From IMG/VR virus record IMGVR_UViG_3300035665_000023, positions 9,018-73,017 of that record: a stretch of 64,000 nt of DNA. One strand, 5' to 3'. The position numbers were made by a program, and so were the translations under genes. Position 1 is the stretch's first letter. Each line of letters starts with the position of its first letter. Shown piece after piece: positions 47,693 through 57,821 of this stretch. The DNA is from a virus. The notes under the pieces are model-generated. The model was not told where the DNA came from. It did no database searches and saw only the letters and a program-made list of their open reading frames with translations.

Positions 47693-49723
47693 TTACTGCA
47701 TTTCCAATTTTTTTGGTATTTTCGCTTCGAAGGCATTAGGACAAGGTTTAGGCTCAATAGAAATCACGGTCTTTCGCAGAATCTGAGACATGACCTTAGC
47801 CTGTTCGTAGCTAGACTCTATGAACCAGCCGACATTGAATTTTTGGCACTGCTCTGCTTTCCAAGAACCCATGCAAGAACGGTTCCGTTCTTCAAATGTG
47901 CCTGGATACATCACGAGTTGACCGTAGCTGATGCGATATCGACTTAACCACTCCTCTGTTAAATCTCGGTACGCCTCTCGCCTAGCAGTGATAATAAAAG
48001 GGACGGTGTAATCTCGAGGAGTTCGTATGGGCTTCCGAGTCGTCATCCATTCTCGATACCTCGGCCCATCGTCGTCGTCACCTATCGGGCAGTCGTCGCA
48101 TAAAACTCCGTCAAAGTCGATTCCCACATTCATCGTTCGAAACGTATAGCCATTATTGAACAAGTTCCAGTCAAAAAGGTGAGGCATTTCCAAGTCTACG
48201 GCACAACCCGTTATCTTTTGTTTGCCGCGATTGGTTGCATAGACGACATAAAAAGGCAAGTCAGTGTTTATTTCTTCAGCCGAACGTCCAGTACACGATG
48301 AATCATCTACTACGATGATTTCGCCCCCATGCTCAATGCGTTTCCCATGTACACTTGGAACTCGAATGCGAGAACCGCCTCCGATGTATCGCAAGCCAGC
48401 GGCAGTGATTTCATACAACGGAACACCGAGTCGAATGGATATATCGCAAGCTGCACGCATGCCAGAACGCGGGACGCCAGCAATCCCAGCCACATCTGGA
48501 TGCCTGTCGAGAATAATTTGCGATAAGGTCAAAGTATCTCGAGTAAACTGGTCCCATGTTATGACCGACTGCACCAAATCTTTACCTTGAAGCACATCGA
48601 TGTACTCTTTAATGGCTTCACATCTATTTGGATGGGCAGCGAAATGTGCAATATACGCATCTCGCAAGCCAGCATCAAATTCTCCTGCGTTGTTATTGTT
48701 AAACCACCACTGCCAATTCCACTTGGAGTCTAGTGTTTTGAGCGTTGCACCATTTTTCACTGCTTTTCTAAGTTGCTCTCCCACCCAAGTTTGTTCTATG
48801 CAATGCGATGTGCCGATATACTGTTCTGGTCTTTTCCAAATGTCACATGCGAGCTTGCGAGACAAAACCACTCCAGAATTAAAACATTGAGAAGTGTGTG
48901 GAATTCTTTTTCCAGTGACTGCTGCAATCGCCTTTCGGTCCCGCCTAAGCCACTCGGCATCTCCGATCCTTGGTCCGTCATCGTGTACGCAGATTGTTTC
49001 GCTGTACTCGTCAAAAATATTAGGCGCTGTTGGCTTGACAACGCAGTCGGCGTCAAGGAACAAAACTTCGTCATATTGTTGGCAAAAGTGCCAAGTTCGG
49101 AACTTCTCCATGAGTGCCCATTCTTCTGTCTGATTATCCAGACCGATAAAATCCGCTTCGCATCTATCGGCATACGCCTGCATCAAAGGCCACGTGAGCC
49201 TTGACATCGCGATGTAGTCATAACCAGTTGCCACCGAAACAATACATCGCTTACGTCCCGTGTCTGGCCTTCTGTGCCTCCAAAGAGCGTAAGCGCGATC
49301 GAGACTGCAAACAGGTTTATTAAGCGCCTTGTTCACTTCGTTGTGCAAAACAATAGAAGATTCAAAAAACGCTTGCTCAGATTCAAAAGATATTGGGTGC
49401 GTTTTTTCGAGGCTCGCAAAATGATTTCCGCAACCACATTTACTCCCTACAACCTCATCTTTCCATGCTTTATACCAAATTCGGCTACAGTCTTTATTAA
49501 GGTGCAAGGCTTTCCATCTTTTGCGTCCCTGCTCTTCTTTGAGGCGTTGCGATTCCCTGACCTTTTCTCTGTTCGCCGCACGGGCTTCGCTTTGCAGCTT
49601 TTGCAAACCAGGAATTTTCCATGTGCGCCGTGTCGTCAAAACTGCCTTGGTACATGTGCAAACATACGGCAAGCGACAGTCGCCAGGAACCTCTTTAGAA
49701 CATTCTGGGCAAATCTCAAACAT
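47693..49723 (-). CDS. Fusion: Erv1/Alr-like + glycosyltransferase + phosphoribosyltransferase + HAD-like
   Basis: CGCGNHF...LHNEVNKALNKP; FLDADC and FNSGV; GVPRSG and VVDDSSCTG; IDFDGVL. Confidence 0.75.
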   Translation of the reverse strand: MFEICPECSKEVPGDCRLPYVCTCTKAVLTTRRTWKIPGLQKLQSEARAANREKVRESQRLKEEQGRKRWKALHLNKDCSRIWYKAWKDEVVGSKCGCGNHFASLEKTHPISFESEQAFFESSIVLHNEVNKALNKPVCSLDRAYALWRHRRPDTGRKRCIVSVATGYDYIAMSRLTWPLMQAYADRCEADFIGLDNQTEEWALMEKFRTWHFCQQYDEVLFLDADCVVKPTAPNIFDEYSETICVHDDGPRIGDAEWLRRDRKAIAAVTGKRIPHTSQCFNSGVVLSRKLACDIWKRPEQYIGTSHCIEQTWVGEQLRKAVKNGATLKTLDSKWNWQWWFNNNNAGEFDAGLRDAYIAHFAAHPNRCEAIKEYIDVLQGKDLVQSVITWDQFTRDTLTLSQIILDRHPDVAGIAGVPRSGMRAACDISIRLGVPLYEITAAGLRYIGGGSRIRVPSVHGKRIEHGGEIIVVDDSSCTGRSAEEINTDLPFYVVYATNRGKQKITGCAVDLEMPHLFDWNLFNNGYTFRTMNVGIDFDGVLCDDCPIGDDDDGPRYREWMTTRKPIRTPRDYTVPFIITARREAYRDLTEEWLSRYRISYGQLVMYPGTFEERNRSCMGSWKAEQCQKFNVGWFIESSYEQAKVMSQILRKTVISIEPKPCPNAFEAKIPKKLEMQ

Positions 49724-50849
49724 CTAATGCGCAAACCTCAACTAAATATCTGCAACTTCCCCTGTTGCCTGCGTTCATAGGGTCAATTGGAACAGTGGTG
49801 CAAAAACAAAGCAAATTACTTGAAACTACAGTTATAGGTCCAAACATTGCACACGGTTGGCTGCAATCAGTACTGTAAGCTGGGAAAGATAATTGAGCCG
49901 AACATCCAATCGACACATTCAAATTTAACAAAGTGCCGCCGTATCCATTGCTTCCGCAACTGACCTCTAACGAAAAGTATTCATCTCCTAAACAACAAAA
50001 ACCATCTCCTTCCCATACGCCATCTAACCTATTCCACTGCAACACAATTTCGCAAGGTGCGTTTATTTGCTCCATCTTGTCAAGGCGAATGCAAGGAACG
50101 TCGTCTGGGTGAACATAAATTTTAGCTACTAACGTCGGACCCCATTCAACCGAACCGTCAATACCATCGCACGTGCAAATACACGAATTGCATACGCCAA
50201 ACGGAGCTGACTCTAAAAGATATCTGAAAAACGAAAACTTCCTTATAGTCATTCCGACTTCACTCAGCGAAAAACCAGAATAGTATCCGTTGGCGAACAA
50301 GCCACCATGAACTGTCGAAACAAGAGACAAGACTGCATTAGTTACACCTCCGCATAGAACATTGTCGGTGATAAACGCCCAAACAGTTCTTGTGTCTCCA
50401 GTCAAACCTATGATGTCATCCTCTTTGAGGATTGCTTCAACACCACCGCTGACTATCCCCAGCCGCAGAACAGAATTGGCTATGCCTTGCACCTCGAACT
50501 CGACAAAATAGTAATTCTCTGAATCGCACACCAACGGATCGCCGCTTGCTGTTCTATCTACGTTGACGAGCACTCTGTATTTGTCACCGCTATCAACAAC
50601 TTCATCGCAAGTGACCAAAGAAGCGATCATACTTCCTTCGGGCACTGGATGCGGGACATTAAGAATGGCAAGTGCGTTTGCGACCAAACATCTCGCTCCT
50701 CCGCACTGCTCGTCGATAATTGCCGCTGCTATTTCGTAATCGCCCTCTTCGTCGCACCAGCGTCCACGCAGAGGTGTACCAGGGGTTCTGCCGAAACCAT
50801 CTTCGTGAATTAAACATGTTGCATCACAGCAACAATTCCACCATGCCAT
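49716..50849 (-). CDS. Cys-rich virion protein
   Basis: MAWWNCCC start, many Cys, structural gene block. Confidence 0.6.
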   Translation of the reverse strand: MAWWNCCCDATCLIHEDGFGRTPGTPLRGRWCDEEGDYEIAAAIIDEQCGGARCLVANALAILNVPHPVPEGSMIASLVTCDEVVDSGDKYRVLVNVDRTASGDPLVCDSENYYFVEFEVQGIANSVLRLGIVSGGVEAILKEDDIIGLTGDTRTVWAFITDNVLCGGVTNAVLSLVSTVHGGLFANGYYSGFSLSEVGMTIRKFSFFRYLLESAPFGVCNSCICTCDGIDGSVEWGPTLVAKIYVHPDDVPCIRLDKMEQINAPCEIVLQWNRLDGVWEGDGFCCLGDEYFSLEVSCGSNGYGGTLLNLNVSIGCSAQLSFPAYSTDCSQPCAMFGPITVVSSNLLCFCTTVPIDPMNAGNRGSCRYLVEVCALDV

Positions 50850-50859
50850 GAATTATTCC

Positions 50860-51651
50860 CTATTCCTCTTGCAAGCACTCGCAGTCATTCTCTCCTGCAG
50901 GTTCGCATTCGCATGCGTCAACTTCATCTGGGTCGCATTTAGCTTGTAAGATGTAGTATTTGCCCTCTTGAAACAAAACTAATCCTTTCGTACCTTCTTC
51001 CATGTTAGTAAACAGACCGTCTGGATCGTAAATGTTTGCAGTATGGGGCCAGTAACCAGACATCTGCCTTACGCAAGCCTCGCAAAATGTTCCAGTTAAT
51101 GTTTCTAATGACTGAAACCTAAAGATTTTTGTCTCAGTATGAACAAACAACCAATTTATGACCTTACCGTTGTGGTCATAAAGGATTGATATTTTGTTTG
51201 TCAAACACTTTGGATGACCTCCGTATTCTGGAGAGTCGGAAACACCAGAGTTTTGCCCAACTCTCCATTTTACTTCAACTGGCGACGGAGGCACATAATG
51301 CGGGGCATAATCAGCTGTGCCTTGTGTTGGCAAAACAGCAGGAAATATATCTCCTATGCGATATCGCTTCGCTCCACCCGATGTAACCCTACACCCATAT
51401 GGCTTTGCAACGGATATTCCAGGTTTTTCAGAATTGTTTTCCTCGAAATCAATGAACTTAAGCATTCTGGGGTCGAAACCTCTGCAGATCACGTGATTCG
51501 GATAATTGTCTTCACATGCAACTTGCAGCATTGCACAATACGGAAAAACTCCGAAAATCTCCAAATCATTATGCTCACCACGCACAGGGTTGTACGGTGG
51601 CGGTATTGTGAATTCTGGAGTAGGCCTGCGTAGTTTGCGAAAACCAGACAT
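50860..51651 (-). CDS. Hypothetical virion protein with Cys-rich C-terminus
   Basis: 263-aa coupled ORF. Confidence 0.6.
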   Translation of the reverse strand: MSGFRKLRRPTPEFTIPPPYNPVRGEHNDLEIFGVFPYCAMLQVACEDNYPNHVICRGFDPRMLKFIDFEENNSEKPGISVAKPYGCRVTSGGAKRYRIGDIFPAVLPTQGTADYAPHYVPPSPVEVKWRVGQNSGVSDSPEYGGHPKCLTNKISILYDHNGKVINWLFVHTETKIFRFQSLETLTGTFCEACVRQMSGYWPHTANIYDPDGLFTNMEEGTKGLVLFQEGKYYILQAKCDPDEVDACECEPAGENDCECLQEE

Positions 51652-51652
51652 A

Positions 51653-53653
51653 TTAGTTTGGAGTCAACCATCCTCCTCCAGCATCAGCAAGACCAGCTAT
51701 CATAGATGCCATGTCTTTCCATTCAGGAGCCACGTCTTCGCGTCGTTCCACAAACGAATACAAACCAATAAGCAGTTTGTTGCGTTCGTCAATCTGGTAA
51801 GCCATAAGCCTTGTGTTCTCAGCGGCAACACTTTTCCATCCTTCTAGTCTCCTGACAGATGTCTCCATCAACTGCACGACTGCCCTATTTTTGTGCTCAG
51901 CCAGAGAGTTTGCGTTCTGCATCAGAAGAACCGCATACCTTTCTTTGCCAGAAATAAATGCAGTCAAAGCTGCTTGCAATTGGCTAAGCAAAGTATGTCT
52001 TTCGGACATTTCTGTTTTCGAAACATCTTGCGAAGCTGCGTACTGGCGCTGTATCGACTCCAGAAACTGAGCTTCAATCTGTTGTATGCGTTCGTAACGC
52101 TTTCCGGCGTCGTCCATCTTCCATTTAGCAAAGATGTCTCGCAACTGATATATCCTATCAACCGATTCGATTGTTCTCTGCCTGATATCCTGCAACTTCG
52201 CATACAAATTTGAAGATAGCTCAATCCCGTATTTGTAATTGGCATCTTTCGCAGAGAATATAGCCTGCTTGCCAGCAAGCACTCGATTTCGTACTTCATT
52301 ACGCAGTGCGTATATGTTGCTGACAAGTGAAGCTTGGTATCGCAAAACCTCTTGCTGAGCTGAGTGAAGCCTATCCTTTCCGTCAAGAGTTCGCGAATTC
52401 AGCAGCGTGCTTTGTTCGTAAATCCTGTGTTGGTTTTCAAGCTTTTCTCGATTCAACCTGTCGTTTAGCAGCTGTATGTTTTCATCCCTGTCTCTGTTAT
52501 TCCTAGCTGTCAAGTCGCTTATGATGGTCGAAGTGTAAAGCCCTCTACTGACAAGCTGCTGCATTTGAATTGACAGATTCGCGACAAACTGCTCGTTGAT
52601 CCTCGCAAGATCCGCAGCCCCGAGATCCGTAAGAAACTGCCGAGCCAATGCCTTGTGTTCATTGTACTCGTTCTGTAGGCGACCCAAAACAGAGTTAAAG
52701 TCGCTCGAAAATTGATTAGAAAGCGTACCAGCGTCCGTCTTAAATTTATCTAAATCTACAGCAATGCTTTGGAAATCTGTTTCAAGCAAAATAAGTATTT
52801 CGTCTACCTTGACAACATACTCGTTCACATTTACATCTACGCTTGCCAGCTGTGTGTCAATGTCCGCTGCGTGAGATGTGTAATTGTTTGCAAGGAGTGT
52901 AAATTGCTGCGTGTAGTCTGCAATGTGACTGTTGAGCACAGTGCCAAGTGAAGTGATTTGCGACAAAACATCTGACAAGTAAGACGCAAAGTTTTGATCT
53001 AATTCGGTAAGCTTGCTATTGTAATTGTTGATAAAATTAGACAGAAACGTCTCTTGCTCAGAAAACAACGTATTGATTTTGCTTGCGTTGGCAGTCGCGT
53101 TTTGCTCAAGCTCTCCAAGTCTGAGCAAAGTTTCGTTCAGTGCTATCTTCGCGGCTTGCGCATCAAGTATTGTCTGCGTCTTGTTTTCCTCTATCATCGT
53201 TTCAATGGCTGTCATATATGTGTCTAAGTCAGCCAAATACACGCCAGACTGCAAATTTTGCTCTTCTATTTGAGCATTGAAATGAGTCTGGGACGTATCA
53301 ATCATTTGCGTCCAATTCCTGACAATCTGATTGTACCTAAGTTCGTTTGCCGTCCTTGCGTCGTTTGCGGCAATTGTGTAGTTGTTACAAAGGTCAAGTA
53401 GCAATCGCTGTCGTTGCAATCCCTCCTTTCTTAAGCTGAAATAATTAGTCGGAGGAACGGTCGTGTTGTCTTGGGTTATTCCAGTGACCTCGAACCCCTG
53501 GGCAACAAGCCATCCCATAATGTTTTCTGGCACTTGCGAAATGCTTTGCACCACCCACCACACCCCAAGAGCTGGGTTTGGGACGCGATCAAGATCAATC
53601 TCCTGCTGACTTGGATTTAGAGCTGGAACATTAGGAATTACGTTTGCTGTCAC
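51653..53653 (-). CDS. Coiled-coil virion protein (possible DNA transfer protein)
   Basis: 666 aa, helical and Q/N/L-rich; AAGGAG RBS. Confidence 0.6.
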   Translation of the reverse strand: MTANVIPNVPALNPSQQEIDLDRVPNPALGVWWVVQSISQVPENIMGWLVAQGFEVTGITQDNTTVPPTNYFSLRKEGLQRQRLLLDLCNNYTIAANDARTANELRYNQIVRNWTQMIDTSQTHFNAQIEEQNLQSGVYLADLDTYMTAIETMIEENKTQTILDAQAAKIALNETLLRLGELEQNATANASKINTLFSEQETFLSNFINNYNSKLTELDQNFASYLSDVLSQITSLGTVLNSHIADYTQQFTLLANNYTSHAADIDTQLASVDVNVNEYVVKVDEILILLETDFQSIAVDLDKFKTDAGTLSNQFSSDFNSVLGRLQNEYNEHKALARQFLTDLGAADLARINEQFVANLSIQMQQLVSRGLYTSTIISDLTARNNRDRDENIQLLNDRLNREKLENQHRIYEQSTLLNSRTLDGKDRLHSAQQEVLRYQASLVSNIYALRNEVRNRVLAGKQAIFSAKDANYKYGIELSSNLYAKLQDIRQRTIESVDRIYQLRDIFAKWKMDDAGKRYERIQQIEAQFLESIQRQYAASQDVSKTEMSERHTLLSQLQAALTAFISGKERYAVLLMQNANSLAEHKNRAVVQLMETSVRRLEGWKSVAAENTRLMAYQIDERNKLLIGLYSFVERREDVAPEWKDMASMIAGLADAGGGWLTPN

Positions 53654-53667
53654 AATGAACTCCTTTA

Positions 53668-55812
53668 TTAAGCGTTAGCCGCTCTTGCCGTCATTTCAAA
53701 AACAGTCCAAGTGTCAGCCGCAGAACAGAAACACCTGACTCCCTTGTCCGCTGGAATAACGATAGCAGCGTTCGCTCCTTGACCGTTTAAGAATCCGCCA
53801 GTTGCTGGATACAACTTTGCGGAAGTGCCGCTAGTGTTGATTATTTCCATGATATCGCCAGCTACACCGTTTGGAAGCTTTACGCCTTTAACCGAACTGT
53901 CGCAAGTAATAAATGTCGTGTTGGTCGTTGCTAACGCAGCAGCGTCTCCAGCAACGCTACCATTAGCAGCAACTGGCGTGGCAGTCAGGCTTGCGAATGT
54001 AGCCCAAGAACCATCCCCTCGCAAAAACTGTCTCGCGTTATTACTCAGTTTAGGTAGAAGGCCGTGATATGTAGACGTTGCGTTCAGATCGGTGTTGTCG
54101 TCGGGAATGGCAAAGTCATCTAACTTGATTGCTTTTGCGTCGTCCAAGAACCTAAAATCCCAAAGATTTCCTAACGACAGCTTTTTTGCTGTTCCGCCAG
54201 CAATAATGTACAAGGTGTCGGCATCTGCTGCAGGACTTGCGCTTGACAGAGTAGGAACGTAAATCGCAAACTCAGACCAAAAGTGCGACCTCAAATTTGC
54301 TAAGGTGACTTTTGAATTTGTTGCCCCTTCATCGACAAGGAACAAGTCATCATTGGAAAGTGTTGCACTGGTGACCAAACCGCCGATATCGATGCTGTTA
54401 GTAACAACGGAACCAATATAATTTGCGAGCGCCGTGACGCTTACCGTGTAACTTACTCCAGATCGCCGCATCCAAAAAGTATCGCCCACCAAAACGGGTG
54501 ATGCAGCCGATTTGTCCCACATTTCTGTTTCCATGTAGGATGCGATAGTTGAACTAGCAACCTTCTTCGGCGTAGTGCCTTCTATAACATAAAACACATC
54601 TGCGTCTTCAAGCGGCGTAAGCGTTGTCAATCCTGAAACGTACGACTGGAAATCGGTCCACAGCTTTGTCTCAAGCTCCGTAAGCGTTGCCTTCTTTGGG
54701 GTGGCTCCATCACCAATCAGAAAAATTGAACTAGGAGCCAAAGTTGCAGGAGTTAAACCAGTAAGGTCCAATACGCCAGACTGAACTCCAACTAAGACGA
54801 ATGTTCTCAACTGGTCTACGGTCACGCTATAGGTAGTTGATCCTCGACCAATGATAACTTTGTCGCCAGTCGTAACAGGGTTTCCGCTTGCTGCCGACCA
54901 GCCAGAAGCCAGCACATGCGTTGATAGCAAGCCAATATCCAGCTTGTTCTGAGTGCCAGACCTGAATATCAAAAAGCTGTCCCCAGCTAACGCACTACCA
55001 GCCGCTGCAGCGCTATCTTGTGTCGCCACGACGTACGAGGCAATGTTCGCTCCTGTGGCTGTCCTGCCTGTTCCGCTTCTCTCAAGAAGAAACACGTCTG
55101 TTGCGTTTGCTGGAGCGCCCAAAGCGGCGTAATTGTCCCAAGCATCAGAAACAACAGCAGCACCTACCTCTGAGCGAACGTAGGTTGCAATGGTCTGCGC
55201 TGTAACTTTGCTAGCCACGCCGCTGTCGCTTGCATAGAACGTATCTCCGTCATCGAGAACAGATATTGCTGGCAAACCTGCAACGTAAGCAAGGTAGTCA
55301 GTGTACACCCGATCCCTGATCACCTGTAACGTCGTCTTGAGTGCTGTCGAACCCTGAGCCAAAACAAATTGATCTGTGAGATTGAGCGGAGTTGTCGCGG
55401 CAGTTAAACCGTTAATTTGCGCACCGAGCGCAACATCGGTAGAGTTAAGAAAAGTCCTGACGGTGGCGATGTCAATCTGCTTAAGCACACCTCCGTCATT
55501 AAAGACCAGCTTGTCCCCATTGACAATCGTAGTCTCGGTAGGAAGAGCCTCGAGCTTATCAACTATCCAGTTAAAAAAGTTTTGAACTGTTATTATTTTT
55601 TCAACGTCAGACTGAAAAACATTAACTTCGTCCGCATCGTTCAGCGTCGTAACAACTGCCGCCTTATGCAACGTTTCGACAACAAATGCCGCCAGCAAAG
55701 TAGCCGTGACATGACGCGATGTAGTGCCGTCAACAAGCGGAACCTTCTCTGGACCCGTAAGCGTGTCAGCCGCAAGTCCAGCAATCCAATTTGAAAATGT
55801 TACGTCAGGCAA
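53668..55812 (-). CDS. Tail fibre-like protein with degenerate ~45-aa repeats
   Basis: Recurrent D.F....G..KK.T motif; GGAGG RBS before TTG at 55812. Confidence 0.6.
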   Translation of the reverse strand: MPDVTFSNWIAGLAADTLTGPEKVPLVDGTTSRHVTATLLAAFVVETLHKAAVVTTLNDADEVNVFQSDVEKIITVQNFFNWIVDKLEALPTETTIVNGDKLVFNDGGVLKQIDIATVRTFLNSTDVALGAQINGLTAATTPLNLTDQFVLAQGSTALKTTLQVIRDRVYTDYLAYVAGLPAISVLDDGDTFYASDSGVASKVTAQTIATYVRSEVGAAVVSDAWDNYAALGAPANATDVFLLERSGTGRTATGANIASYVVATQDSAAAAGSALAGDSFLIFRSGTQNKLDIGLLSTHVLASGWSAASGNPVTTGDKVIIGRGSTTYSVTVDQLRTFVLVGVQSGVLDLTGLTPATLAPSSIFLIGDGATPKKATLTELETKLWTDFQSYVSGLTTLTPLEDADVFYVIEGTTPKKVASSTIASYMETEMWDKSAASPVLVGDTFWMRRSGVSYTVSVTALANYIGSVVTNSIDIGGLVTSATLSNDDLFLVDEGATNSKVTLANLRSHFWSEFAIYVPTLSSASPAADADTLYIIAGGTAKKLSLGNLWDFRFLDDAKAIKLDDFAIPDDNTDLNATSTYHGLLPKLSNNARQFLRGDGSWATFASLTATPVAANGSVAGDAAALATTNTTFITCDSSVKGVKLPNGVAGDIMEIINTSGTSAKLYPATGGFLNGQGANAAIVIPADKGVRCFCSAADTWTVFEMTARAANA

Positions 55813-55814
55813 AG

Positions 55815-57059
55815 TTACCTCCACGCCCCAGAGGGCTCGATGACCGCGTTTGCACCTTCCCATGCCCAGTTGCCGCTTGGAGCAGAAACAAGCAGGATCA
55901 TGTATTTACCCCTAGCACGGGGATAGCTTCTATGGTTTACACCGGCGACCCAGGTTCCACTGCTATGCACGTTTGCTGGAGTAGTTCCAGCAATTAACGC
56001 CTCGATAGCAGCCTTCGCATTGACGCTCACCTGTTCTGCGGTATCGGAAACCATAACCCTCCAGGTAACGTTCACGCTCCCAGACGCAGTTATACCATGC
56101 AACTGGATCAGCCTTCCGTAAGTGTTTCCGTTGCCAAGCCGCAATGGACCTATCGCCACGTAAGACCCTGAATGCCCGACCTTAAACGGCCAAAAACCCT
56201 GCCTCTCAGTATCAAACATCCAAGAAACGGAAGCTGTAGGAATGTGGATGTACACACCTCTCGTTTCGTGATCGTAATCCAGCACCGTATTGACATCCGT
56301 AACGCCAGTCAAATGCTCTGGTATGACATCTTCAGAGATCGCCTGCAGCCCTTCCCCAGACGCAGACACGGTGTAAAGACCATGCGAAGACAAGAAGTAA
56401 TACCTATCGAGATGGTCACGACACCATGCCTTTGCGCCAACCATGCCTACTTCGCGAGAAATGTTTCGCAAGCCGCCATCCGCCACTGGATCTCCTTGCA
56501 CAACCCAAAGCGACCCACTAGTCGCTGCCAGCATATAAGCGTCTTTGTGCGGAATTAGTGAAACAATGTCACCTCCGATTTCGCCAGCTTCAGAAAGTTG
56601 CATCACAAACGGACGCATAACGTCTGAAACATCAGAACCCAAAAACCAATCCGAGTAATTCCCTTGACGGCTAGCGTAAATAATCTTCCCAACTGGTCTG
56701 ATAAGCCTGTCTCGGTAAACACACTGAGAAGGCTGACTTGCTGGTGCATTTGTGCCAGGATTTACGTAAACAGTACCTCCACTATGCAACGCCGCTTCTC
56801 CAGAATTACCAACAATGTAATTTCCAGAATCGTCTGTTATCCTGTTACCAGCGCCGTCAGCAAAATACTCAGCAGAAGTAGGAAGAGGAGGAGAATAACC
56901 AGACTGAGACCACGAGCCACCACGAAGACGCCCCTGGAAGTCTTCCGAACGACAGTTTACAGCCCAAGGACTGAAATACTGCTCCCTCCTGCCTGTTTCT
57001 TGTCGAAGAGACAGCCTTCTGTTTACTCCAGATGGAAACAGTATTTCTTTGTTTGACAT
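55815..57059 (-). CDS. Tail nozzle / DNA-stabilisation-like beta-rich protein
   Basis: Propeller-like pattern (YRDRLI...IYASRQG, YYFLSSHGLY); position in the tail block. Confidence 0.6.
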   Translation of the reverse strand: MSNKEILFPSGVNRRLSLRQETGRREQYFSPWAVNCRSEDFQGRLRGGSWSQSGYSPPLPTSAEYFADGAGNRITDDSGNYIVGNSGEAALHSGGTVYVNPGTNAPASQPSQCVYRDRLIRPVGKIIYASRQGNYSDWFLGSDVSDVMRPFVMQLSEAGEIGGDIVSLIPHKDAYMLAATSGSLWVVQGDPVADGGLRNISREVGMVGAKAWCRDHLDRYYFLSSHGLYTVSASGEGLQAISEDVIPEHLTGVTDVNTVLDYDHETRGVYIHIPTASVSWMFDTERQGFWPFKVGHSGSYVAIGPLRLGNGNTYGRLIQLHGITASGSVNVTWRVMVSDTAEQVSVNAKAAIEALIAGTTPANVHSSGTWVAGVNHRSYPRARGKYMILLVSAPSGNWAWEGANAVIEPSGAWR

Positions 57060-57067
57060 GTCATCGC

Positions 57068-57469
57068 TTAAGCATCAGGAACTGCAAGTTGACCAGGAGT
57101 TCCGTTCGCAGCAACAGTAAACCCCTTCCAATTAGTTGGCGACTCGCAAATCAGGATCGCCATTACATTTTGGGAGAGCGCAGACTCGAAGTTAGTACCT
57201 GTAGTTCCGTTGATACCAACAGCAGCTGGAGAAGTCGTTCGGATTTCGCCACCCGTGGCCGCTCCAGCAATGATAACAATCTTTCCTGGGTCTGGAGCAG
57301 GAAGAATCAAAATGTTATCAACCGCGCCCCAAGTAGGGATAACGAGTTGAAGCAAACGCTCCTCTGGAATCCTTGTGCCTGCTGCAGTGGCGGTCAAACG
57401 CACAACACCAGGACCGCCAGAAGCAAAGGCTTGCAATGCGTCATTCAGAAGATTATGAGGCGACGACAT
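57068..57469 (-). CDS. Hypothetical virion protein
   Basis: AAGGAG RBS. Confidence 0.6.
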   Translation of the reverse strand: MSSPHNLLNDALQAFASGGPGVVRLTATAAGTRIPEERLLQLVIPTWGAVDNILILPAPDPGKIVIIAGAATGGEIRTTSPAAVGINGTTGTNFESALSQNVMAILICESPTNWKGFTVAANGTPGQLAVPDA

Positions 57470-57491
57470 AAAATTACTCCTTGTAAAAAAC

Positions 57492-57821
57492 TCAGTCTTT
57501 CAGCGTAACACCGACAACGCCAGCGGCATTACCTGTAATCTTGACAAAACGCGCTCCGCTTAACGCAGCGGGAATCGGATGGGCTTGGCCCGCAGCCACA
57601 GTTTGCGTAACAGCAGCACTGGAGGCATCTTCAGCCGCCAAATAAGCACCGTCGATTTTAGTGCTGGAATGCCATGTCAACGTCGTTAGAGATGACCCAG
57701 ATGGGATGTGAACCATTCCAAATTCGAAATCTCCAATGTTAATAGCTGTGCTGTCGGCAATATTGGCAACAAGCGCGACATTGATTGATTCAATTGATAC
57801 ACTGTATTTCGCGGTTGTCAT
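57492..57821 (-). CDS. Hypothetical virion protein
   Basis: Coupled ORF. Confidence 0.6.
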   Translation of the reverse strand: MTTAKYSVSIESINVALVANIADSTAINIGDFEFGMVHIPSGSSLTTLTWHSSTKIDGAYLAAEDASSAAVTQTVAAGQAHPIPAALSGARFVKITGNAAGVVGVTLKD

